The notes beneath the pieces are model-generated. The model was not told where the DNA came from. It was given only the letters and a program-made list of their open reading frames with translations, and did no database searches. Shown piece after piece: positions 1 through 7,908 of a stretch of DNA of 64,000 nt (position 1 is its first letter; each line of letters begins with the position of its first letter). The stretch is from an uncultured virus (IMG/VR IMGVR_UViG_3300027969_000065) (lineage: Duplodnaviria; Heunggongvirae; Uroviricota; Caudoviricetes; Demerecviridae). The stretch is taken from the IMG/VR virus record IMGVR_UViG_3300027969_000065; one strand, given 5' to 3'. The position numbers and the translations under genes are program-made.

Positions 1-33
1 TACCTGGTCAAAGACCCTACAGCAATTAGGGGC

Positions 34-63
34 TTGACAAGCTGCGGTTTTCGATGGCATAAT
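34..63 (+). promoter_or_regulatory. sigma70-type promoter
   Basis: TTGACA-18 nt-CATAAT upstream of ORF 93. Confidence 0.75.
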
Positions 64-92
64 GCATTCATTGATTCAAAACAAGGGTTTAT

Positions 93-320
93 ATGAGCAA
101 GCTCAAAGACATTATCTCGGACTATGACGAAACCACGACAGAATCTATTGTCGGATATGCCCGAGATTATCATAAAGATACTTTCGGGTTTCGGCCCGAG
201 GGTATCGATTCTGATTCGGATTGGGATATTAGGGCATACTATATCACGATGATAATGTATTGCGATGAATACCTTATCAAAACTCGCGGTTCGCGCGGGC
301 TTGATGGATGGGACGAATAA
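93..320 (+). CDS. hypothetical pre-early protein
   Basis: ORF downstream of a strong promoter, SD-like AAGGG. Confidence 0.75.
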   Translation: MSKLKDIISDYDETTTESIVGYARDYHKDTFGFRPEGIDSDSDWDIRAYYITMIMYCDEYLIKTRGSRGLDGWDE

Positions 321-463
321 TGGCTCGACTCAATATGGCAAAAGCCATTTACCTTTATAATATCGCTAAGGGATTCGCATTATTGGAATCCGGTGATAAA
401 GCCGCAGCGTCGGCATACTTTGTTCGCGCACAATATGCGCTTGATATAATGGAGGGATTCTAA
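320..463 (+). CDS. small hypothetical protein (47 aa, MARLNMAKAIYLYN...)
   Basis: TAATG-coupled to the previous ORF; translated by hand. Confidence 0.6.
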   Translation: MARLNMAKAIYLYNIAKGFALLESGDKAAASAYFVRAQYALDIMEGF

Positions 464-464
464 A

Positions 465-545
465 ATGATTTGGGCAGTATTGGGGTTCTTTTCGGTTCTT
501 TTGATTGCCCTAGCGGGCATGTTTACTATTATGGGAGAATGGTAA
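465..545 (+). CDS. 26-aa hydrophobic membrane peptide
   Basis: MIWAVLGFFSVLLIALAGMFTIMGEW with GGAGG SD; fills the gap between genes. Confidence 0.55.
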   Translation: MIWAVLGFFSVLLIALAGMFTIMGEW

Positions 546-546
546 T

Positions 547-738
547 ATGTTATATGACGTATGCGTGAATCCTGTCGACGGGCGCATATTGCCTGACGAT
601 ATTCGAGAATTGCAGGATCAGTTTAACGTGAATTTGAATGATGCCGATGAATGGTTTGATTACTATTCGTCGGGATCGGGGCATGTTACTATTATCGATG
701 AAATTGAATTCTGGGAGCGATATAATGATGTATTCTAG
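547..738 (+). CDS. hypothetical protein
   Basis: ORF with GGAG SD in a tightly packed operon. Confidence 0.65.
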   Translation: MLYDVCVNPVDGRILPDDIRELQDQFNVNLNDADEWFDYYSSGSGHVTIIDEIEFWERYNDVF

Positions 739-910
739 CGCATACGAGCGCGCAAGTAATAAAATACTTGCGCATGATAATCCGGTTCGGCGGAGTATTA
801 TTCTCAGGCTTGAGAATAATAAAGTTGTACGCATTAACGAGAGTTTGCACAAAACTCGCGCAGGCGTGATATATCGTAAATTCTGGCGCATGAAAATGAG
901 GGTAAAATGA
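725..910 (+). CDS. hypothetical basic protein
   Basis: 3' part of ORF 638..910; ATG at 725/728 preceded by GGGAG. Confidence 0.55.
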   Translation: MMYSSAYERASNKILAHDNPVRRSIILRLENNKVVRINESLHKTRAGVIYRKFWRMKMRVK

Positions 911-1080
911 TGTCTTTTAATAACTATGTTATATATTATTGCCTAGACGGCAAGCCTTATGATATATATGGGGATTTTAATTCTCTAGTTGAGGCTAAAC
1001 TCGGACTGGATCAGGTAACTAAACTATATCCTGATGAGGAATATCAGCTATTTGAATGTATACCGACCAGGATAGCCTAG
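907..1080 (+). CDS. hypothetical protein (57 aa)
   Basis: ATGA overlap with the previous ORF, GAGGG SD; translated by hand. Confidence 0.55.
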   Translation: MMSFNNYVIYYCLDGKPYDIYGDFNSLVEAKLGLDQVTKLYPDEEYQLFECIPTRIA

Positions 1081-1130
1081 ATTTATACTAATAAGGGTTT
1101 ACCCTTATTAGTTTGGCGCGGGGTTTCCCC

Positions 1131-1440
1131 GCGCCGAAAATATTATATCATGGATAGTATGTAGGTGTCAATAGGGTGTTTCCCTACCATGTAGTCTGTG
1201 TGGTCAATAGGTCTTTGCTATGGGCGGCGGGATACTAATATATTATAACTATCGGGGCGCCAAAAATTATATCATGGCATCGTACTCGCTGTCAATAGGG
1301 ACTTTCCCTACCATGTAGTCTGTGTGGTCAATAGGTCTTTGCTATGGGTTTTTGAATTTGAATAGGTTTTGCCTATGGGGTGCGCCAAAAATTATATCAT
1401 GGCATCGTACTCGCTGTCAATAGGGACTTTCCCTACCATG
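1131..1440 (-). repeat. three ~125-bp-period direct repeats, each with a leftward TTGACA-18-TATAAT promoter
   Basis: Units start at 1131, 1257 and 1382 (GCGCC..ATTATATCATGG..TGTCAATAGGG..TTTCCCTACCATG). Confidence 0.85.
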
Positions 1441-1576
1441 CTCACAATAGGGTTACCTGGCCGGCCGCTCACTTTGCATGCTAGGGCTGTACGCTCACTT
1501 TGCATGATAATGGTATAAACTGTTTATACGATTTTCTGCGCGCACCTGGCCGAATAACCCTCTTTGCAGTAGGGGG

Positions 1577-1605
1577 TTGACACGTCGGTCGAATCGAAGC
1601 ATAAT
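1577..1605 (+). promoter_or_regulatory. sigma70-type promoter
   Basis: TTGACA-17-CATAAT; upstream context resembles the promoter at 34. Confidence 0.75.
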
Positions 1606-1828
1606 AGCTTCTGTTTGATGTATTAACGCTCTTTAATAATTCGCTGAATCAAGCCACAGGCATATCCCGTCGGGAGACGTTATTATGTCTGTGCAATATA
1701 GAACATATCCCTGTCGGGAGATACTGATATGCTCGTGAAATAGGGTTATGGCCTATTCTAATAATCCGTAATTGGGTTATTAGACTAGGGTTTTCCTAGC
1801 GTTAGTATGTGTCTTGAAAGGGCATAGT

Positions 1829-2164
1829 ATGTCGAAAGTTACTGTTGTGAATTATACTCCCGAACAAACCGCTTCGGTGGTTTCCGGATATACTAATGGT
1901 ATGTCTGTTGAGAGTTTGGCTGCCGAAATGGGGAAATCGGTTCGTTCGATTATCGCCAAACTCTCGCGGGAAGGGGTTTATAAGGCGAAAGTATATCAAA
2001 CCAAACAAGGCGAAGCGGTTATTAAAAAGGACGCTCATGCCGATGCGATTGGTTCGATTCTGAATCTTACAGAATCGGAAACTGAAAGCCTGACGAAGGC
2101 TAATAAATCGGTTTTGCGTAAAATCTTCGAGGCTTTGGCTACTTCAAAGCCAATCGAGGGTTAA
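1829..2164 (+). CDS. T5 A2-like DNA-binding protein
   Basis: YTPEQT...LAAEMGKSVRSIIAKLSREGVY...ESLTKANK pattern resembles T5 A2. Confidence 0.7.
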   Translation: MSKVTVVNYTPEQTASVVSGYTNGMSVESLAAEMGKSVRSIIAKLSREGVYKAKVYQTKQGEAVIKKDAHADAIGSILNLTESETESLTKANKSVLRKIFEALATSKPIEG

Positions 2165-2300
2165 TATATTATAGGGCGAAAGCCCTATAATATATGGGTT
2201 GGTTCAAAAAGTAGGGGGAATAAGTCAGTAATATGTTTTTACTGCGTTCAGCCTCAACGTAAACCCATATATTATAGGATTTTTAACTGGAAAGGATAAT

Positions 2301-2768
2301 ATGGCAAAGATAAAGCGGGTTCAAATATACGATATGGACGGTACTATTGTGTGCAGTTTGCACAGATATCGCACAATCGAGGGTAACAGAATCGACCTAG
2401 AATACTGGCGGGAAAATCAGTATCGTGCAATGGAAGATTCACTGCTGCCATTATCGGCACAATATAGAAAAGATTTGCAGGATGAAAATACTTATGTCAT
2501 TATTGCAACCGCCCGAGTTATGGGCGAAAAGGATTATCAGTTTGTGCGTGAGATACTCGGCGAACCCGATTATCTCATATCTCGGCCAGCAAATAGTATT
2601 CACAGTGGGGGTTTGCTCAAGATAAGGGGTTTACAGAAATTCTTTAATCTAAAGAATTTCAGGGACGCTGAGATAACATTTTATGAGGATAATGTCCAGT
2701 ATCTCAAAGCAGTATGCGACAAATTCAATATTCGGGGCGTATATGTTCCGAGTAAACAAGGGCATTAA
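2301..2768 (+). CDS. HAD-superfamily phosphatase
   Basis: DMDGT motif I, TAR motif II, YEDN acidic motif. Confidence 0.75.
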   Translation: MAKIKRVQIYDMDGTIVCSLHRYRTIEGNRIDLEYWRENQYRAMEDSLLPLSAQYRKDLQDENTYVIIATARVMGEKDYQFVREILGEPDYLISRPANSIHSGGLLKIRGLQKFFNLKNFRDAEITFYEDNVQYLKAVCDKFNIRGVYVPSKQGH

Positions 2769-2770
2769 TA

Positions 2771-3475
2771 ATGGCTAAAAAACAGTATTTTGCAATCGTC
2801 GATGTGGAAACCACAATTAATAATACTGTTGCGGATTTTGCAATGGTAGTTTGTGACCGCAACGGTGTTATTGTCGATCAGTTTGCAGTATTGGTCAAGG
2901 ATAATTTCGACACAATGGATTTATTCTATATTGCAAATAATCGCGAGGGTGATATGTGGTCAAGGAAATATGCTGCAGATAAAAAAGAAAAGTATATTAA
3001 CATGCTTAATAACGGCACTCGCAGTATGTCATCGGTTGCTGCCATTAATATTTATATTGCCCGTATAATCGGTCAGTATAACCCTGTTATGACGGCGTAC
3101 AATATTAGTTTTGACGAAGGTAAGTGTGCCAATACTAATATTGATTTGACCGGGTTTGCAGATAGATTCTGTTTGTGGGCTGCTGCTGTTGGCAATATCT
3201 GTAAATCGAAAGGGTTTCGACAGTTTGCCTTAGATAATCACCGGTTCAATAAGCCCACAGATAAGGGCAATATGACATTTCAAACTAATGCGGAGGTTGT
3301 TTCTGGTTATCTAGCAGGCAGTATGTCGCACGAACCGCACACTGCGCTGGAGGATATTGTTTATTTCGAGTTGCCGATTCTCAAGACAATTATTAATAAA
3401 CGCGGTTGGAAGGAAAAACTAAAATCATATTCGTGGAACGATTTTCAGGTTCGTGATTGGTTTGTTGCTAAATAA
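2771..3475 (+). CDS. DEDDh 3'-5' exonuclease-like protein
   Basis: DVETT, AYNISFD and HTALED motifs. Confidence 0.75.
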   Translation: MAKKQYFAIVDVETTINNTVADFAMVVCDRNGVIVDQFAVLVKDNFDTMDLFYIANNREGDMWSRKYAADKKEKYINMLNNGTRSMSSVAAINIYIARIIGQYNPVMTAYNISFDEGKCANTNIDLTGFADRFCLWAAAVGNICKSKGFRQFALDNHRFNKPTDKGNMTFQTNAEVVSGYLAGSMSHEPHTALEDIVYFELPILKTIINKRGWKEKLKSYSWNDFQVRDWFVAK

Positions 3476-3513
3476 TACTCGGGGCTTCGGCCCCTAATCT
3501 GGAGAATATATAT

Positions 3514-3882
3514 ATGAAAATGGTCGGCTTGTTTGAATTGATCGATTTAACTGTCGAGTATCTCGGGCTTGAAAAGCCTTATACTATCAAACTGAATTCG
3601 AAGTCCAAGAAGTCGGTATCTGCCGAGTATATTGCAAAATATAACCGCGGTGACGTTCTGGTTTCGCATCAGATTACTATATACTTGGGGAATCAACGCA
3701 CTGATACTAGGGATATTGAAACCCTGATTGCTCACGAATTGATACATGCTTATCAGGAGGAGGCCGGTATCGAGGAAATTCACGGCGACGATTTCCAGAG
3801 TATCGCGGAAATGCTAACCATGTATCTGCAAACCGCGGGTATATATATCTGCGATATATATGTTGCTGATGTTGACGTTTAA
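3514..3882 (+). CDS. SprT-like/zincin metallopeptidase domain protein
   Basis: TLIAHELIHAYQ (HExxH) followed by HGDDF. Confidence 0.65.
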   Translation: MKMVGLFELIDLTVEYLGLEKPYTIKLNSKSKKSVSAEYIAKYNRGDVLVSHQITIYLGNQRTDTRDIETLIAHELIHAYQEEAGIEEIHGDDFQSIAEMLTMYLQTAGIYICDIYVADVDV

Positions 3883-3895
3883 TTAAAGGGATAAT

Positions 3896-4150
3896 ATGAA
3901 AGCAAATCGAGATACTAAATGTTTCATTACTGCGGATGACAAAGAAATACCAGTTTCCGTGGTGCGCGAAGTATGCTTATCCTCGCGCAATACTTACCCC
4001 CACGGTGGTGATGGTATTAACATTATACCTGCGATCAAGATACTGTTCGCAGTATATCCAGGGTTATCACTGCGAGATGCAAAGGATATGATTAATCTAT
4101 ATCTGGCAATTGAGGGCATGGACGTTATTAAATCTAAAGGGATAATATGA
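3896..4150 (+). CDS. paralog 1, ribosomal L7/L12 C-terminal-like motif
   Basis: IPAIKIL...GLSLRDAKDMI; near-identical to the next two ORFs. Confidence 0.6.
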   Translation: MKANRDTKCFITADDKEIPVSVVREVCLSSRNTYPHGGDGINIIPAIKILFAVYPGLSLRDAKDMINLYLAIEGMDVIKSKGII

Positions 4151-4380
4151 AAGTTAATCGAGTTACTAAATGTTTCATTACTGCGGACGATACTTCGATT
4201 CCCATATCCGCGGTGCGCGCGATATGGTTGTTTTCGCACCGACCAGTAGGCCCGCTCGGTGGTATTAACATTATATCTGCGATCAAGATATTGGTCGCAG
4301 TATATCCGGGGTTATCACTGCGAGATGCAAAGGATATGATTAATAATCTATATCTGGCGATTGACGGTACTGACGTTTAA
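4147..4380 (+). CDS. paralog 2, L7/L12 C-terminal-like motif
   Basis: Tandem duplicate with the same AAAGGGATAATATG start. Confidence 0.6.
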   Translation: MKVNRVTKCFITADDTSIPISAVRAIWLFSHRPVGPLGGINIISAIKILVAVYPGLSLRDAKDMINNLYLAIDGTDV

Positions 4381-4394
4381 TCTAAAGGGATAAT

Positions 4395-4652
4395 ATGAAA
4401 GCAAATCGAGTTACTAAATGTTTTATTACTGCGGACGATACCGCAATCCCCATATCCGCGGTGAGCGCGATATGGTTGTTTTCGCGCAATACTTACCCTC
4501 ACGGTGGTATTAACATTATATCTGCGATCAAGATACTGGTCGCAGTATATCCAGGGTTATCACTGCGCGATGCAAAAGATATGATTGATTTATATCTGGC
4601 GCTGGTCGGCACAGATATTCCCGAGAATTCCGACCAGGATAACAGATTCTAA
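4395..4652 (+). CDS. paralog 3, L7/L12 C-terminal-like motif
   Basis: Tandem duplicate with the same AAAGGGATAATATG start. Confidence 0.6.
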   Translation: MKANRVTKCFITADDTAIPISAVSAIWLFSRNTYPHGGINIISAIKILVAVYPGLSLRDAKDMIDLYLALVGTDIPENSDQDNRF

Positions 4653-4734
4653 TATCGCCAGATATTCGGGTGGTCATACTCTTATTAGTATCGCGAGATA
4701 CTAATAAGGGTAAACCCTTATTTGGCGCAAAAGC

Positions 4735-4895
4735 GCGCCAGTGCGAAATCAACAAGTGCAAAATCAATGATTTTCCGCGATTTAAGGTACTTGCATGGGT
4801 TTCTTAGTCTGTCTGATTTTGCGCCAGTGCGAAAGCAACCAGTGCAAAATCAATGTGGTTCGGCCTGCGCCAAATTGTACCAGTGCAAAACCAAC
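4735..4895. repeat. iteron-like repeats AGTGC(G/A)AAA x5
   Basis: GCGCCAGTGCGAAAnCAACnAGTGCAAAATCAATG at 4735 and 4821, plus CAGTGCAAAACCAAC at 4881. Confidence 0.75.
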
Positions 4896-5060
4896 GTGTC
4901 AAGTAAAAAATTTCAGATTTGAAGAAGTTTCCGTGTTAGTTTATAATAATGTTTATGAAGTCGGGAAAGGCATCCGCCCCAACCGGCCGGAGACGTAAAT
5001 AACGTCGCCGAACTATCGTTAGAATGTAGTTGGTACTAACATACCGCTAAAAATTCTCAC

Positions 5061-5089
5061 TAGACACGCAACCTCTTCTCGTATATAAT
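5061..5089 (+). promoter_or_regulatory. sigma70-type promoter
   Basis: TAGACA-17-TATAAT with an AAAATT UP element. Confidence 0.7.
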
Positions 5090-5114
5090 ACTTTCTTAAC
5101 TTAGGAAATCAACC

Positions 5115-5474
5115 ATGGCAACCGAAAAAGCTTACACCCCAGAACAAACCGCTTCTACCCTGGCCGCCTACGCGGCAGGTCAAACACCTGAACAAATTGC
5201 GTTTGACATTGGCCGCAGTGCACGCTCAGTGATCGCCAAACTGGCTAAGGAAGGTGTTTACGTGTCCAAGGCTGCAGTAGCTGGCCCGAAACGTCTCCGC
5301 AAGTCTGAGTTGGTGGCATGTATCGCAGGTTACTTCGATATTGACCCGGTTGAGCTGGAAAGCTTGGAGAAGGCAACTCACCAAGCTCTGGAGCGCTTGC
5401 ATGCCAGCATCACCAGTGGTAACGGCCACTGTGCGGTAACCGAGCTGGACGTGGTCCTGACCACTGCAGTTTAG
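5115..5474 (+). CDS. T5 A2-like DNA-binding protein (paralog)
   Basis: YTPEQT...IGRSARSVIAKLAKEGVY...LESLEKAT. Confidence 0.7.
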   Translation: MATEKAYTPEQTASTLAAYAAGQTPEQIAFDIGRSARSVIAKLAKEGVYVSKAAVAGPKRLRKSELVACIAGYFDIDPVELESLEKATHQALERLHASITSGNGHCAVTELDVVLTTAV

Positions 5475-5490
5475 GATCAGAAATTTCGTC

Positions 5491-5519
5491 TTGAACTCTC
5501 GACCCATTTGATTTATAAT
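5491..5519 (+). promoter_or_regulatory. sigma70-type promoter driving a non-coding transcript
   Basis: TTGAAC-17-TATAAT with AAATTT upstream. Confidence 0.7.
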
Positions 5520-5690
5520 ATTATCATAAGTCGAGAGTAGTAACAAAGGCTCGCAGATACATATTAATTTTAATCTTGTCTTTGTTACTGCATCTCCCTA
5601 TATTATTTTGGTGTTTCTAGGCTCCCAACGATGAGGGGGATAAAAACTTAATTGTTGTTGAAACCTCTTGTACAACAGCCAACCCTTTAA

Positions 5691-5761
5691 ACCTACTGAT
5701 GAGCTTGTGCAACTCAAGCGAAATCCCGGTCGCAGTCTCACAAACTCCCAGGGATATAGGT
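5691..5761 (+). ncRNA. type I hammerhead ribozyme
   Basis: Stem I ACCTA/TAGGT, core CTGATGA, stem II GCTTG/CAAGC, GAAA, stem III TCCC/GGGA, NUH=AUA (predicted cut after 5756). Confidence 0.88.
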
Positions 5762-5925
5762 CGCCTTCATCTAAACCTAAGACCCCCCCAATACAAGGGC
5801 AATGTGGGATAACATACCAAACGGTGGAACCGCAGGTAGATTATTCGACCCCACAGGCGATTCAGGGCTTTAGCAGTAAATACATCGTGTATATTCTCTA
5901 ACAGCCCTAAAAAACTGCGCAGTTC

Positions 5926-5966
5926 AAAAGCCCCACAGGATTCGCGGCCTGGTGGGGCTTTTGTTT
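5926..5966 (+). terminator. intrinsic terminator (possibly bidirectional)
   Basis: AAAAGCCCCAC...GTGGGGCTTTTGTTT. Confidence 0.75.
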
Positions 5967-6102
5967 GAGCTGTCGGCGCCATTTTAACATGGTCACAGTG
6001 CAAAGTCAACCGTAAATTTTTAACCCTGACCCTAAACCGCAGCAAATTGGGTGTAATTGGGTGTATTTGTGGATATTGAGACTTAATTCGTGGCACCCAA
6101 AG

Positions 6103-6141
6103 AAAAAGCCCAATAACTTGAGTTATTGGGCTTTTTTTTTT
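6103..6141. terminator. bidirectional intrinsic terminator
   Basis: AAAAAGCCCAATAAC-TTGA-GTTATTGGGCTTTTTTTTT. Confidence 0.8.
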
Positions 6142-6188
6142 GCGTTTGTTTGGGGTGTTTGGCACCGTAGGTGCCTGTATCCGGCGGT

Positions 6189-6491
6189 TTAGGGTCTGAC
6201 CAGGGACTTTTCAATGAGTGCCAGCACATTCTTGTTGGCTTTTTCAAGCGATTCTAAGAGGTCTAGATTGACCATCATGAGCTTGGCAATGCGCTCGATG
6301 TACTCCTCCTTTTTAACAGGCGTCTCACCGCGCTTGTTTTTGTACTCTTTGCGTTGGTAAACACCCAAACTACTCAGTTTTGCAATTACAGAGCGTTCCG
6401 GTACGTTGAATTGCTCGGAGATTTCTGACACGGGAATGCCAGATTTATATAGGTCGATTAGTTTGTCTGTGGTTTCTTTGTCGTATTTCAT
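6189..6491 (-). CDS. T5 A2-like HTH protein (paralog)
   Basis: VPERSVIAKLSSLGVY...GETPVKKEE...LESLEKANK. Confidence 0.7.
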   Translation of the reverse strand: MKYDKETTDKLIDLYKSGIPVSEISEQFNVPERSVIAKLSSLGVYQRKEYKNKRGETPVKKEEYIERIAKLMMVNLDLLESLEKANKNVLALIEKSLVRP

Positions 6492-6495
6492 TTGA

Positions 6496-7362
6496 TTAGT
6501 CTAAATTCCATAGGTTATCTGATCCTAAACTGGGCTTACTGAATCCAACGTCACTGTTGAAAACCTGCGGCACATCTAATAAGTCTGTGGATACTAGGGG
6601 AACGGCAGGGTTGTCTAGATTTAACGGATCTGAGATGGCAAACTTATGTCGTATTGTTGGATGATATACCCATACCTGGCACAGCATTAGCTTGAGTAGT
6701 CTAGGCAAAGGCTTCCATAAAGGATGTGCTATGCCGTTTAGTGTAGTAGTTAAGTGATACGCTTTCTTAGCATCTTTGTTTGCTCCCGATTTAATGGTAC
6801 GTCCGATTTCTCGGAATTCTAGAATTTCTTCTTGAGTAAAAGGATTGTCCCAAGTGTTGAACACACTGCTGAGTTCCAAAGTATCCTGATCTACTAAGTG
6901 TTGCATATTCTTATCAGACCAATCCCAATCTGCATATCCAACATCCCTACATTCTTTAAATGCGGATAGGATCAAGGGTACCGCGGTACTATACCGCATA
7001 CCTTCACCACTAGACTGTTTCCACCCTTTTGGAAATATCTCACCGCGCGGACTATGATTAAGAATATTAAAGATGCCCATAATCTTGGAGGCTGAGACTT
7101 CTAGACCATTGCTAAAGGTAAATCCCTCGGTTGCTAGAGTAGTCTTGAGCTTGGCTAAAGTTGCTGTTGCGCTATATCCCAGGTCACCTTGTACTAGGAG
7201 TAACTTTGACCCTAGAAGTGTGGTAAGTTGAGGAAGCATCCAACTAGCGTTGTCAGTCCATCCAGAACTGGCTAAAGATTCCTTGGTGGTGGAATCTGCT
7301 TTGCTGAATTGCTCGAAGTTAAAATAGCTTATATCACGTTTGGAAGTCTTGGAGTAGTTCAT
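6496..7362 (-). CDS. T5 D2-like protein
   Basis: PRGEI...RYSTAVPLILSAFK...WD motif resembles T5 D2; probable start MNYSK at 7362. Confidence 0.6.
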   Translation of the reverse strand: MNYSKTSKRDISYFNFEQFSKADSTTKESLASSGWTDNASWMLPQLTTLLGSKLLLVQGDLGYSATATLAKLKTTLATEGFTFSNGLEVSASKIMGIFNILNHSPRGEIFPKGWKQSSGEGMRYSTAVPLILSAFKECRDVGYADWDWSDKNMQHLVDQDTLELSSVFNTWDNPFTQEEILEFREIGRTIKSGANKDAKKAYHLTTTLNGIAHPLWKPLPRLLKLMLCQVWVYHPTIRHKFAISDPLNLDNPAVPLVSTDLLDVPQVFNSDVGFSKPSLGSDNLWNLD

Positions 7363-7716
7363 TTTTGGAAAGGGTTTAAGTGAATTATTGGGGGTTTTTC
7401 TTAGCGGGGGATGATAAAAGGGCGGGAAATTTAGCTTTAATTTGCTTTTATTAAAGCTTCGCTCGTTTGCATCATTTGATATCGGAAGGGGAAAACCTGA
7501 GAGAACTCTCTTAATTTCCGTAGATTTTAAAACCAGCTTTGTAATGGATGAAGTTAACAAGTGAACTCCAATACAAGGCTGTTAAAAAGTCTTCGGAATT
7601 AATGAATTCTCGGTTTTGCCTTCCTAGTTAACTTTGTTTATGTATATATTATATCACACTTTTTTCAATTTTACAAGCTTTTTTAGTAAAATAATTAAAA
7701 TTATTTTTTCCCTGGT

Positions 7717-7908
7717 CTATTTGTACGTAATTTCCCGTTGCAAAGTGATTCTGCGCACATCTGTTTCTTTGCATTGCAGGGTTAGCGGGCCGTTTGAAAT
7801 GGTCAGTGGAGTTTCTTGGACTACATGAAAAATGTCGTCTTTGAATTGCAGAAACCTGTGGTTATGGTCTCGTTCAAAGTAGTGACTCAGTAATGTGCAG
7901 CGTTTCAT
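7717..7908 (-). CDS. hypothetical protein
   Basis: ORF coupled to its neighbour in a leftward operon. Confidence 0.55.
   Translation of the reverse strand: MKRCTLLSHYFERDHNHRFLQFKDDIFHVVQETPLTISNGPLTLQCKETDVRRITLQREITYK

Noticed and set aside
1131..1440. CRISPR-like array (repeats with ~32-nt unique segments)
   Set aside because: The repeats are ~60-92 bp, contain promoters, number only three, and no cas genes are present
5857..5920. Pistol ribozyme-like fragments (AGGGC..TAAATA..GCCCTAA)
   Set aside because: The P1 stem and downstream conserved core could not be built
5668..6165. ORFs 5668..5901(+) and 5767..6165(-)
   Set aside because: Non-ATG starts without SD; they overlap the ribozyme, terminators and a promoter, so are probably spurious
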